Assembly: GCF_006345805.1 (NCBI RefSeq)
Contig: NC_042999.1
Span: 96,100,001-96,164,000 of the forward strand
DNA length: 64,000 bases
Direction of reading: 5' to 3'
Source of the DNA: Octopus sinensis
Taxonomy: Eukaryota
Part shown: positions 12,527-25,243 of the stretch, piece after piece
Position numbering within the stretch: position 1 is the stretch's first letter
Layout: every line of letters starts with the position of its first letter
The notes under the pieces: generated by a model
The model's database searches: none
What the model was told of the DNA's origin: nothing
What the model saw: only the letters and a program-made list of their open reading frames with translations
Made by a program: the position numbers and the translations under genes

Positions 12527-13266
12527 TAGTGCACTACACACAATCGTGGATTGTACATAGATCACATGCAAAAACCATCTACAGAATGAAACAGAAGTCT
12601 CAAACTGAAAGAACACTTGAACATGCAGGAACATGGTATATTACTGCAATGAGCTTCAGTCCTCACAGTACCTGCCACTTCATGAAAAATGATCTCCAAA
12701 CACCCACACATTTATACAACACACCAGAACACTACTTTTGTAGCATCCTTAAAACAATCTATGGAAAACCAAAATGAGTATAAAGAACACATACACAAAT
12801 AAATAGCAGCAATACCATTAGACTCAAATCAGGTGCTAGGATGCACACCACCAGTAACATATGCATAGGACTAGCAACTGTTTTGCTTTGACCAAACCCA
12901 CCTTTCCACTGCCAGAATCTATGGTTATATTAAAATCTACCGGAGAGTGTGCAAAATGTCCAGACTGTTACACTGCACCACATGCAATTCTTTATCTTGG
13001 ATTCCTTACACTTGTATAGTTCTGAGCAGGAGAGACAGTTTTAAGGATGCTGCTGTAATAGTGTTTTGGGGTGTTGTATATGTGTCTGGATGTTTGGAGA
13101 TGAGATTTTATATGGTGGCATGTACTGTAAATGTTGAAGTTCACTGCACTAATACACTGTGGTCTTGCATGTTCAAGTGTTCTTTCATTATTAGATTTTT
13201 GTTTTGTTGTGTAGATGAATTATGCATGTGGGTGATATACTATCCAGGATTATGCAAAGTGCAATG
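12527..13266. mobile_element. Old MITE with about 235-bp terminal inverted repeats (pogo/Tigger-like ends)
   Basis: Left arm 12527-12760 aligns to the reverse complement of 13030-13266 (for example gaaagaacacttgaacatgca, atctccaaaca, gcagcatccttaaaac). Termini resemble (c)agtgcact...ataatcc.gga. Confidence 0.75.
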
Positions 13267-15589
13267 TTAGATTCTTCAATATCATCCTTAACTAAATGTA
13301 AACATGGCATAACCATGAAAATTTATATGTGGTTCAGGCCTAACCATTCTGCTGACTACCAGCATGCCAAAGAACTATTTGATCAGAATTGATCTGGAGT
13401 TACACAGCAACAGTACTGCAACTGAAAAGTTTGATATATGTACAAACTGAGCTCTTTAATTAAGCTTTACTTTAGTAAGAAACAAATGAAGCTTATTAAT
13501 ATGGTTATCTAGTTTGTGAAGAGATTATCAAAAGTATATTTTGTGTTATAATCTTAATTTTATTTTGTGTGTATATACACACACACATACGCATGCGTGC
13601 GTGCACACACACACGCACATACATACACAGACACACACAAAATGAAAATATATACATACAGATACTTGCTCACACACAATCTTCTAGATGTTGTTATCTG
13701 TCTTCTGTAGTATATGTAATATTTTAAGTTATATAGTGGCACAGAGAGAACAAGATCAGCTATTTTAATTGAACTACATTCAGTGTTTCAGTATACATCT
13801 TCCTAATTTTTACAGGCTCACTAAACTTCTAATCAACTAATAAATCTACTCTGTGTTTCTTTCCCTGCAGGCAGTACATGAGTTGGACATGTAAGGCTGA
13901 CTCTTGACCTCTTCACAGATTTCTCACACTTGCTTTTCCTTGCTGGATCTCACTGCTGTGACTATTTCACATCTCAGTCACCTCAATTTTACAACTTAGA
14001 GTCTGCTTGCCATGTTCTCTTCTCTGATGATCTGATCACATGCCACAAAGTTTCAGCAGATTAGGAGGTATCTCACAGAGATGGGGTCTGATTGAAACTC
14101 TGCTCAATGAGTCACCTAGCAAGACCTGAGAATATACCAACAAATGGTGAATGCAGTAATACACTGCAATGATGTGAAAACCCCACCCCTAACTTGAACT
14201 GTGTTTCTTCAGAGTTCTAAAGCCATGATTAATTCATTTTTGTGACTGTTTTTCATAGGATTGGACTAACATAAATATGACCAACTTTGTCCTTAAGTTC
14301 TATTCAGCTGATTCAAGCGTTTAATTCATGACTTAAGTGTTTACGAAAACTGCTTCATTCATAGCACCCAAAAGACAGTTCATATATTGCAACTTATTTG
14401 ATTTAATATTTCTCATGTTTATGGTCATTACTTGATGTCTTTGTTGAAATGAATTACAAATTGTTTTTTGTTGCTTTAATTGAACCTGTTATCAATATAG
14501 TTACAAGCCTACATTGGTGTTTTCTCTTATCTAGTGTTTAATAGTTCTTCATACAACTCCCAAGTTGACTATACTGCTGTTAATTATTCCCAGAATTCAA
14601 AATGATTGCATTGCAGTTTATGATATAGTTAATAATTCTATTATGACACTGCTGTGATTTGAGACAGAAGATGTGTAAAAACCTTTAATTGATCACTTAA
14701 GAAACCTCTAACTAATTGTTTAAATTGTAAAACAATATTTGCAGTTTTCAACAAAGCAATAACCAAAACTACCTGGAATAACTGTAGTTATACAATAAAG
14801 AGGAAAAATTGTATTTATAATGTAGTCATGCATACATTCACTCTTCTAAGTAGGTAAATAATGTATGGCTAAAGTTATATTTTGGGTTTTCTTTTTTCAA
14901 ATAGCATGAATAGATATGTGAGTGTTATTCATAGAAATATTTGTGAATAAACACACATTCATATAAATATCTGTATATCAATATGTGTTAATTTCATGAA
15001 TATTTTTTGTTAGATATAATGTTCTTAACAATTTTAATATTAAACATTCTATTGATATTCACAAATATATTTCCATTACTTTTCAATATAAACTATTTTA
15101 ATTGTTTTGTCTTGTTCTATTTTATCATTATTGATATTGCAGCAGTTTACTATAAATATGTTTTCTTATATAACCCAAACTCTTCCCAGTCATGTAACCC
15201 ACCTCTAGTAATATCCACTTGGCATTTGCTTATGAGAGTATTAGTATGTGAATATTTATTCTTTGTTTATATCTATGTTATAAATGTTACATATATGTAT
15301 ATAGTGATGTCATTGGTCTAATGTTCCTGCCTACCACTCACTAGAAATAAGTTTGGTAGATACTGAATTCCTCTCAATATCTCTCACTTTTGTGAGAAGT
15401 GAGAAGTTATCATCATTTTCTAACAGGTAATGGTCAGTTTAACTATGGAAATAAATTAACATTTGAACATGTATATCATCCTTATCATGCTAATGTAGAT
15501 TATGTATATCAGGAAAATAATAATTGATCTGTATCATGCTAAAGGATCAAAATATCAAAAGTTGTTTATGCAATAAAATACTTTTTACA

Positions 15590-16771
15590 AGTTTGGGGGG
15601 TTGGCATGGGTGTCTGTCGTCGGATGAGGTTCTATATCGACTTCGCTTGCCTCAACCGGTCTTTGTGTCCAAGGGAGGAAAGGCATTCATAAGTGGGCTG
15701 GGCTCACTTGTCCTGCCTGGTCTTCTCACGTACAGAATATTTCCAAAGGTCTCAGTCTCTGGTCATTTCCTCAGTGAGGCCTAAAGTTCGAAGGTCGTGC
15801 TTCACCACCTCGTCCCAGGTTTTCCTGGGTCTACCTCTTCCACGGGTTCCCTCAACTGCTAGGGATTGGCACTTTCTCACACACCTATCTTCATCCATTC
15901 TCGCCACATGACCATACCAGCGCAATCGTCTCTCTTGCACACCACAACTGATGCTTCTTAGGTACAACATTTCCCTCAAGGTGCTAACGCTCTGTCGAGT
16001 ATGTACACTGACATTACACATCCATCGGAGCATACTGGCTTCATTCCTCACGAGCTTACGCATGTCCTCAGCAGTCACGGCCCATGTTTCGCTGCCATGT
16101 AGCATGGCTGTTCGTACACACGCATCATACAGTCTGCCTTTTACTCTGAGCGAGAGGCCTTTAGTCACCAGCAGAGGTAAGAGCTCCCTAAACTTTGCCC
16201 AGGCTATTCTTATTCTAGCAGTTACACTTTCAGCGCACCCACCCCCACTACTGACTTGGTCACCTAGATAACGGAAGCTATCAACTACTTCTAGTTTTTC
16301 CCCCTGGAAAGTGACGGAAGTTGTTTTCTGCAGATTTTCGGAGGTTAATGCTCCCGAGCATCTGCCACATACAAAAACTATCTTCCCAGTTAGCCTACCT
16401 TTGACATTGCTGCACCTCTTATGTGTCCATAGCTTACACTGGGTACATCTTATAGAGTTTCTACCTACACCTTTTCTACAGATCGAGCAGGGCCATCTTC
16501 CTGAAGATATTTGTGGATTGTCTACCTTTCTACTTATTAGTACTTTGGTTTTAGCTAGGTTGACTCTAAGGCCCCTTGATTCTAAACCCTCCTTCCACAC
16601 CTGGAACTTCTCCTCCAGTTCTGATAGTGACTCAGCAATAAGAGCAAGGTCGTCAGCGTAGAGGAGCTCCCAGGGACAGCCTGTCTTGAATTCCTCCGTA
16701 ATTGCCTGGAGTACTATGATAAATAGGAGGGGGCTGAGTACTGAACCCTGGTGGACCCCAACCTCTACTTT
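15590..16771 (-). mobile_element. 5'-truncated RTE-clade (RTEX-like) LINE: RT domains 5-7, embedded PHD finger, C-terminus and partial 3' UTR
   Basis: Open frame from about 16771: KVEVGVHQGSVLSPLLF...LLYADDL...RVNLAKTKVL...FRYLG...MLHGSETW...RLRWYGHVARM...GRGRPRKTW. One premature TGA (likely from CGA) 13 codons before the natural end. No (ATG)n tail or TSD seen. Confidence 0.95.
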
Positions 16772-19618
16772 GGAATATCCATATTTCCCTTCTTTTGTTA
16801 GTTTTAGTAAATATGTGTGGAAGATATCAGTTTTTAGTTACTGTTCTGCTGTCATACTAATGAAGTCCAGCTGCTATTTTTTAATGGAAAATTTAATTTT
16901 ATACTCAAATATGTACCCTTGACTAGATGTACTTTTACTTGATTGTATGTATAGTAACTTTAATGTACAAAAAAATTTTAACTACTTTGGAATTATAGAA
17001 AATGTCTTAAAATTTTTCAAGAATCAAACTGCCTATATTATACATGTCGCTTTTTTTCATGTTGCTTCAGTCTTCTCTGATCTTAGTAAAAAAAAAAAAT
17101 TTGAATGATTGCTTTCAAATAATGCATTATCATACAAAAGTAACAATTAAAATATATTTATAGAAATGTAGAAACTTCATAAAATCTGGTTAAATTTGAG
17201 CTGCTTAAGGAAATGTAATCCATAAAAGAAGCATGGATTTCATTAATCTTTGAATAATTTCAACTTTCAAGATAATATAATTAAGAGAAAGATCTAAATT
17301 CCCAAACATTTTCTTAATGTTTTTCTCAGTTTCAATCAATATAAATAAAATCTCTGTGTATTGAATGAATGCACAGTAAGTGGAGTGGTATGAAAATGAA
17401 AGGAGTACAATGTTGGCAATAAATATTTCACTTGCTGGGATACTTTGAAAGTTGTAAAATAAAAATAAGAAAACAATGGTTATCTGAATTGCCATCACCT
17501 TGATGTGAGGTTATATTAGTCTCAAGAGAATGACCATGGGATATGATGTGAGGTTATATTAGTCTCAAGAGAGCAGCCACAGGAGGTGATTTAACCACAA
17601 AGAACTAAACATCAGCTAAACATTATTTTGATGAAACTACTCATATGGAACTCTCTCTTTTTAACATTTTATGAGCTTACTTTGCTTTCAGCCATCTTTA
17701 TTCACTGTAATATAATCAATACTATCAATAGAAAGATAAGCACAGTCAAATGGGATATAACCAGAATAGGAGGAACTATTCATCTTCCTACAATACTTCA
17801 ACCTGAAACTCAACAAAATCAGATTTCAATCTATCATTGAAAGAGGCTGGCTTTAGAATGTACTGCCACACCCTGTTCATATCATAATTTCATCAAATTA
17901 TTTAGGCTTCAATTTATAAATTTGTTTAAAATTTATCTTGCATCTAAATATAATATTGTTTTGGTTATATCTTGCATAGTGTAGAACAGTATTGATATTT
18001 TAATCTGTCATAGTAATAATTTCAATAGTTAGCAATAAGAAAAGCCTCAAGAATTACTGTCTGTGCCATACAAGAACACTGGTGAAAGAAACATTGTATT
18101 CAGTTAGTTTGTAACTATAATAAAGATGTTACTTTCACTACTTCTTTGTAACTTTCAATCAGGAAAGTGTGTGAAAAGAGTAACCAACTCTTTATCACAA
18201 GTAAGAGCTATTCAAAACTGCTACAATTATTGTGTGTGCATAGAAATTTCCATGTAACTAATGTTGTAGATCAAGCTTGAGCTTTGTTTTTTTCTTCTTG
18301 TACATAACTTCAGGAGGAAAATAATGGAACTTAATTTTATTTTAAGCGTTTTAAAAGTAAACTAAAAAATTATTCCTTTGCTGACAAAAAAGAGGAAAAT
18401 AGTTTCCAGATCATGAGGTAATATCACTGATCACTTAATTAGCATTGTTGATGTAAGTCCTGTAATGAGCATATTCAAGTCTAGTAGTGTAGTCCCACAG
18501 TAAAATGTTTATCCATGCAGAGCAGCACTTGCAAGATGTTGTCTGTCTTCAGAGGCTTACTTCATCTGAATTACCAAGGCTCTCTAATTGACCTGGTGAC
18601 TATTAGGTTGAATCCATGTTATAGCAAGCATGGGAAGTATGCAATGCTGCTGTATAAATATTATATCTTTTTCATTCTCTTCCTCTTCTTACTTTTTTGT
18701 TATTTTTGCAATGCTTTTACATTAAAGACTGCATTTACTCATTGGTATTCCTGTATTGAATCTTCTAGAACTATTGTAGGTAATGCTGTAATTCAGGTGT
18801 TTCCTGGCCAGATGTAATCTCTTTAGATACTGTTATACTTACTGACATTTCTATCATTTGATTCTTTCTGAAAGTCACATTCAGGCATTTGATGAGAATC
18901 TTATATTTTAAGGAGCTCTTATACTTAAGATATGGGATTCTTGTTGGTTAGTGTGACAGTATATCTACTGGACTGTGGATGTCCTTTATGTATGGCAGTT
19001 GATTATTGTAGAACATCAGTCAAATTCTGTAGTGAAGTATTCTTAGAGGTTTTATTTTTGATACCCCAGCATAGCCAATCGGATGAGTGAAACAAGTAAA
19101 AGATAAATAAATGCTAATAGTTGTTGTTGGCTACAGAAGATATTGTTATGAACAATGTTTTACATACTTTTACCACTTGGACTCCCTTTCCAGTTTGACA
19201 ATGTAGTTGTTCAATTTTTGAGAGTGTTTTGGATGTATAGGGATAATAAAACTTCTAGCCTTATCATCTTGTTGTACCAGTATGATGCCAAATACAACAG
19301 GATTGGCATCAGCATAGTATCTTTTATTTGGAGTGTAACCTAATGCATTGTTTGTATTAAAATGTTTTCTCTTCTTTACTTCTCCACTAAATCCCACTCT
19401 TTCTTCTCTCTTTCTCTACTATATCTGTCATTTTTGCTAAATGTTGCATGAAATTACCAAGAAAGTTGAGTAGGCCCCAAACACTTTTTTAATAGTTATT
19501 GTTGTTGGACATTTAAAGTGAATCTCAGCAACCAATCTTATTCTCTTGTTAACTCCTTGATTTGAAACAATACTGCTAAAGTATTCTGCCTTACACCAAA
19601 AGTACATTTCTTATCATA

Positions 19619-20891
19619 CGAGGGGCGTTCAATAAGTAATGCCCCTGACCCACTTCCCATAGCAGTAGAGCAACGAAACTTGGAACAGTTATTAGTCTTT
19701 TTCTACATAGGAACCACCCAGAGTTACGCATTTCTCCCATCGTTTGATGCAGCTCTGAAGACCGTTTTTGTAGAAGACCCCAGCTTGGTCCTCCAACCAC
19801 GACGTGACTTCAGAAATCAAGGCTGCATCATCTGGGAAACGCTTTCCTTTCAAAAATCAACTTCATGGCTGGAAGAGGTGAAAATCAGAGGGTGCAAGGT
19901 CAGGAGAGTAGGGGGGATGGGGGATGAGTTCATAGCCGCACGCCTGTGCTTCTGATCTGGCGACACGCGAGTTGTGGATCAGAGCGTTGTCCTGCAGGAG
20001 GAGGATGCCTTTGCTGATCTTGCCCCGCCTCTTAATTTCCTCAAAAGTGAAGCATAATAGACTCCTGTAATTGTGGCACCCTTTGCCAGGAAATCTGTCT
20101 TCACTACTCCGTCCTGGTCCCAGAAGACTGTAAGCATGACCTTGCCAGCGGAGGGCTGCACCCTTGCCTTCTTTGGAGGAGGTGAGTCACAGTGCTTCCA
20201 CTGCATTGACTGGGCTTTGGTCTCTAGATCATAGTGATGGACCCAGGTTTTATCCTATGCAATCAGTCTTTTGAAAAATTTTGACTCATCTTCTTGGCAC
20301 ATCTCCAAATTCATCCACGAGCAATCGACGCGTTCTTGCTTCTAGAAAGGTGTGAGCAGCCTGGGAATCCATCTGGCAGACACCTTTTGCATATGCAAAT
20401 GGTCATGAATGATAGTTTCCATAGACCCGGTACTAATCTTGACCTCATGGGCTATTTGGCGAATAGTTATGCGTCGATCTTCCAAAATGGCAGCCTCAAC
20501 TTGACAGACATATGCCTCATCAATGGCAGAATGGGGCGACCAGATCTGGGAGCTGTTTCCACAGAGTTCCGACCATGTTTGAATTCACGATGCCAGCGTT
20601 TTACAAGGTCATATGATGGGGCATCATCACCATAAGTTACTTTCATTTCATCAAAAGTCTCCCGTGGTGTGCGTCCTTTCAAATACAAAAACCGGATCAC
20701 TGCTCGACACTCAACATGCTCCATTTCACACTTGACTCAGTTCAAACACCTGTAAATCGGAAACCACAATTAGTTCAGAGCTGTAATTTGACACTTAATC
20801 TATAGAGATATAAATAATTACACATGCAAAATTTCAGCTAGATCAAACAACTGCAAGTGGGTCAGAGGCATTACTTATTGAACGCCCCTCG
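19619..20891 (-). mobile_element. Full-length (1273 bp) non-autonomous mariner (D,D34D) with a disrupted transposase
   Basis: 37-bp TIRs (cgaggggcgttcaataagtaatgcc...) with 1 mismatch. TA duplication at 19617-18 and 20892-93. Motifs WIPRLLT, D(K)TWVHHYD, VFWD, QDNA-x-YSPDLAPSDFHLF, with 34 residues between the 2nd and 3rd Asp. At least 2 stops and several frameshifts. Confidence 0.96.
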
Positions 20892-22290
20892 TAAGAATTT
20901 TTTAAACTTTCAAGACAATGTGAAACAATTCTGTTTTTGTAGTGGGAGTAGGACATCTTGAAACACATACATGAAGATATATAAAGCCTTTGACTTTTAC
21001 TATTGAAAAGTGTGTTTCTACTCAATATTTACATGCTATTATTTGTAAATCTTTTAGTGTGCTCCAAGATACTGCAAAAAGAAAAAAAAGAATTAGTTCA
21101 AACTCTCTCAAAACTTTATAAAATTCTTATGACATCAACAACATACAATTGTTGCTGGTAAGAATAGTTTCTAAAATGTATAGAGAAGGATTACTTTGTA
21201 TTATGGTAGAATGCCAGTCATGTCTACATTAGCTGTGGGTTTGTATCCCACAGGCAGCCTTTGACTTTTTGCATCCAAAAAAGTTTTATGACCCAACATG
21301 TACTTGCTATTATTTATAGCTTTATATCTATACTTCAAGATATATCTATACTTCAAGAGAAAAGAATTAGTTCTCACCTTGTGATTTAATGTTGCATAAT
21401 ATTGTTAAGCAATAATTTGATGTCATATCATGTTTTTGGTGGGGTTCTTTTGCTTATTTTATTTTATTTTATTTATCTGTGACAGACTACACTGCAATCT
21501 TCATTATTATTTATGTTAGATTCAGATTTTTAAAAAAACTGCTAATGATTTCCTGAAAGTGTTCAAATGATGAGTAAACTTCAAGAACAAGCATTTGTCC
21601 TTATGCACTCTATTAGAAGAAGTAAATTTTCTTATATGATTCAATTACATATGTAAATTATCTTGACAATAGCTCATATTATATGCTAGTTTTGAAAAAA
21701 GCATAATAAATTCAAAATTTTTCAGTGAATCATCAGTTGTAGGTAGTGGATATGTCTCCTTTAGATACTATATTTACTGTGTGTAACACAAATACAAATC
21801 AATACAGCCATTTTTCTTTGGTGCAACAAACAATGGTGAAATTCATATTGTGGAGCCATCAATTTTCTCATTGATATCCAATTTTAACAAACACTTAATT
21901 TCTTCTGCTTGTTTCTTCACATGAAATAGTATTTGCTTCAAAAGTTGTTTTATAGGTTTTGCCTTTGAATATTTCAGAGAGCACTTTAGTAATTGAATAA
22001 TCTTTTAATATTGAGAATGTATATTTTAATTAAGCAAAATGAAGAAGCTGTTTCACAAAACCGTGAAACAACTATCAGTCATAGATTTAGTAGCATATAT
22101 TGTCTGAGTATTGCAACTTAAGCCAATTTTGAGTGTGACATGAATGATCATAAGTAAAAATTGAGATGCACTTGAACCATCAATGACTATCTTGGTTTCA
22201 CATGACTGAATAATTATTTCAGTGTTGTTTTAATTATTTCAATTAAGGTACAAAAGACAACTTCAGATATGATTCTGTACTAAACATTCT

Positions 22291-22341
<51 letters not shown>

Positions 22342-23033
22342 TTCTCTCATAACTACTTCAAGTAGTGAGAAACTTACACTTTGTTGAGGTGGTGACAATA
22401 AGACAAAAACAATTCTAGTAGAATGATGTGTTATTCTTTCAATACAAATACAGTAACACATCCCTTTGCTAAATGCTTCATTTAATTTCTATCTGTTCTT
22501 CTCATCTCATTGATAAAATTATAATGATAATGATGTTATATTATTTCAATTATATTTTATGATCTTCTGTCAATTAGAACTAATTTGTATAAAAACAAAA
22601 AAACTCAAAAACATTACATCAATCACAGTTTCTAACTAGTTTGTCAATTCTCCATCAGAGGAATGCCCAGAAAGTAAAATTATGTTAGACAATGTCAATT
22701 GATTTCAATTTTTAAATCTAATCATTTTTGCTTTTCTTCAAAACAGTATAGGACAACATTGACTATTCAAATATTTAAGGTATCTGTTGTTAGCCAAACT
22801 GTATGGAATGTAAAAGGGATTCACTATTATATGACTTCCACACTGTACTCTGCACAAACAAAAGCTAAATAATTTTACACTTGACCTATGTGAAGTACAT
22901 TAAATGCAGGATGTGGAATCTATGATTTGTTCCTTGGTGTTTGATGACTATCATGGTGCAGCCAGAGTTATTGAATAATAAAATCAAATCAACATAACAT
23001 TTTCAGGTGAAGAAACTTATGATAAACTTGTTT

Positions 23034-23340
23034 CATCATCATCATCATCATCATTCAACATCTGCTTTCCATGCTGGCATGGGTTGGACAGTGTGACTGA
23101 CGACTGGCAAGCCAGATGGCTGCACCAGGCTCCAATCTGATCTTGCAGAGTTTCTACAGCTGGATGCCCTTCCTAACGCCAACCACTCCGAGAGTGTAGT
23201 GGGTGCTTTTACATGCCACTGGCACGAGGGCAGTCAGGCGGTCCTGGCAACAGCCACGCTCAAATGATGTTTTTTACATACCACCTGCACAGGAGCCAGT
23301 CCAGCGGCACTGGCAACAGTCTCACTCGAATGTTGTTTGC
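23034..23340 (-). mobile_element. RTE-tail short element (3' UTR derivative)
   Basis: (cat)n-ttcaacatctgctttccatgctggcatgggttgga...ggatgcccttcctaacgccaaccactc, collinear with 2688-3000. Shorter copies at about 2020-2150, 9040-9140, 30024-30235, 38036-38142, 39010-39060 and (+) 42400-42585. Confidence 0.8.
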
Positions 23341-24339
23341 ACTGATAAATTATTTGTGTCTTGACAATTTCTTTTACTGCATTTCATTTACATCTTTATT
23401 GGTACTGATATCATCTTGTAATTGATCTTGTCACCATTTTCAATATTTCCCATGATATGAATTTCTAATACAAACATATTTTGAGCTGACCATTATAAAT
23501 TTCGTTGGGAAAAAGCAACACTCTGATTGTCATTTTCAACAAGATCAACCAGAATTGTAATGTTTGTGAGGACAGGTGAAAAATAATGCTAATTCCACCC
23601 TATCAGAGTAGTCATTCATTCAGAATAAGGCACTTGGCTACTAAAATCAGGAGACCAAAAACTCAAAAACTCAAAACTAAATCATGTCCTGTAAAGAAAT
23701 GAAGATATAAAAGTATTGTTGATAATCTAAAGAAGATAATTATATGTGGTGAAGCTTCAGGATAACAAAGAATTTAAGAGTTCTATCCAGAAGATAAGTT
23801 TATTGAAGTGTGTGTGTGTGTGCATGTGTGTATTTGTGTTGTTCTTTAAGTAAAAATGCTGCTGTTATTTAGATTACTTAAATGGCTATAATTTGTATTG
23901 TTTATTAGGATAATCTGTTATAAACTGAAACTGATCATGTTTCTATTACTCATTATTTTTGGTGCAACTATTATTTACAATACCATACAAAAGAATCTGC
24001 TTATAATATGTAATGTAAACAATAATTGTAATTGATATTATTAGCATTGCCCACTCACAGATGTAAAATACTCATTCACATAAGCAGGCACATGTGCACA
24101 TATGCACACGCATACACACATGCACGCACACACACACACACACACACACGCACACTTCTTCAAATCTATCCCTGTACAGGTTTTGAACGTGATGCTAATT
24201 TACAATACTAGAGTTAACTTTATTTTGATATGTTGTTGTAGGGTTTTATACAAACTTATAATTTTAAATGTTTCAAACATCTGAAATTGAACTTTTCACT
24301 TCTCTAGGGGATGAAAGTTAGAAAAGGATTTACATATGT

Positions 24340-25243
24340 ATTGTATTAGTAAAAAATTTTGCAATATTTTGCTAAATTATTTGTTTTATTCATCAAGTTA
24401 CAACAAAAGCAGCCTAGCATTCAAGGTAGACTCATTATGTTGCACTGTCTGAAGCTACCTTTCTGCCAGTCCGTTGATCCTACACTGATATTGGTTCTTG
24501 TCTTTCAAGGTGAAGAACTCCTTCACTGAAGCTTTCACTTCCTCTTGTTTGATGAAGCATTGTCAGTGCAGGATATGAGCCATGGATCAGAACAAGTAAT
24601 CTGAGGGAGCTAGGTTTGGATTATATGCTGGGTTTGGCATGAGTTTGATTCCCTCAAGTTCCTGGAGCTTATTCTAGGTTGACTCAGTTGCATTAGGACA
24701 TGTGCTGTCTTGCTGCAGAAGAGTTCACTTTCTTTTAACTAATGCTGTATATTTTTGCCAATAGTGGCATACAGCCACTCCAGTTGTTTGCAATGTAAGT
24801 TGGTATTGATGGTTCAACTATCCAGAACAAACTCATAGTGAGTTATCCTCTCATAATTCTACCAGATGCAGAGCATCACCTTGTCTTCAAAACATCTATG
24901 TTTGATGACAGGTTCCGGAAGTTGGTCCTTGCTTAACAATTTCTTATGCAAATTAGGATTGTGGAAAAATATCTCCCTCAGATTATTACTTATTCTGGTC
25001 CATGGCTCACTACACTCCTGATGCTTTATCAATCAAGAGGAGGTGGAAACTTCAGTGAAGGAATTTTCCACTTCAAAGGACAAGAACTGGTATCAGCATG
25101 GGATCAAAGAACTGACAGAAAGGTGGCTTTAGATGGTACAACACAATGGTGTCTAATTTGAATGCTAGGCTGCTTTTGTTGTAACTTGATGAATAAAGCA
25201 GATAAGCTACCAAAACAATGCAAAACTTTTGATTCAACACAAT
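24340..25243. mobile_element. Fold-back mariner derivative: the transposase 3' end is present on both strands as about 270-bp inverted arms
   Basis: The left arm continues on the - strand as ...LQQDS...KLQELEGIKLMPNPAYNPNLAPSDYLF.SMAH...EEVKASVKEFF. The right arm (24973-25243, +) repeats SDY...SMAH...KDKNWYQHGIKELTERW and the terminal TIR. Confidence 0.85.

Noticed and set aside
15407-15432. Recursive-splice-like AG|GT motifs (ttttctaacag|gtaatg at 15426; gtttctccag|gtaata at 53212)
   Set aside because: The donors are non-consensus, and such motifs are expected by chance in 64 kb of AT-rich DNA. Saw-tooth RNA-seq coverage would be needed.
15951-16661. Plus-strand ORFs overlapping the RTE (likewise 20294-20635 over the mariner, 41059-41529 versus 41208-41696, and 49575-50025)
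   Set aside because: Antisense shadow frames of transposon coding sequence with no independent homology.
17501-17572. Possible CRISPR-like repeat-spacer-repeat
   Set aside because: Only two units, a 14-nt spacer, no palindrome, eukaryotic context and no cas genes.
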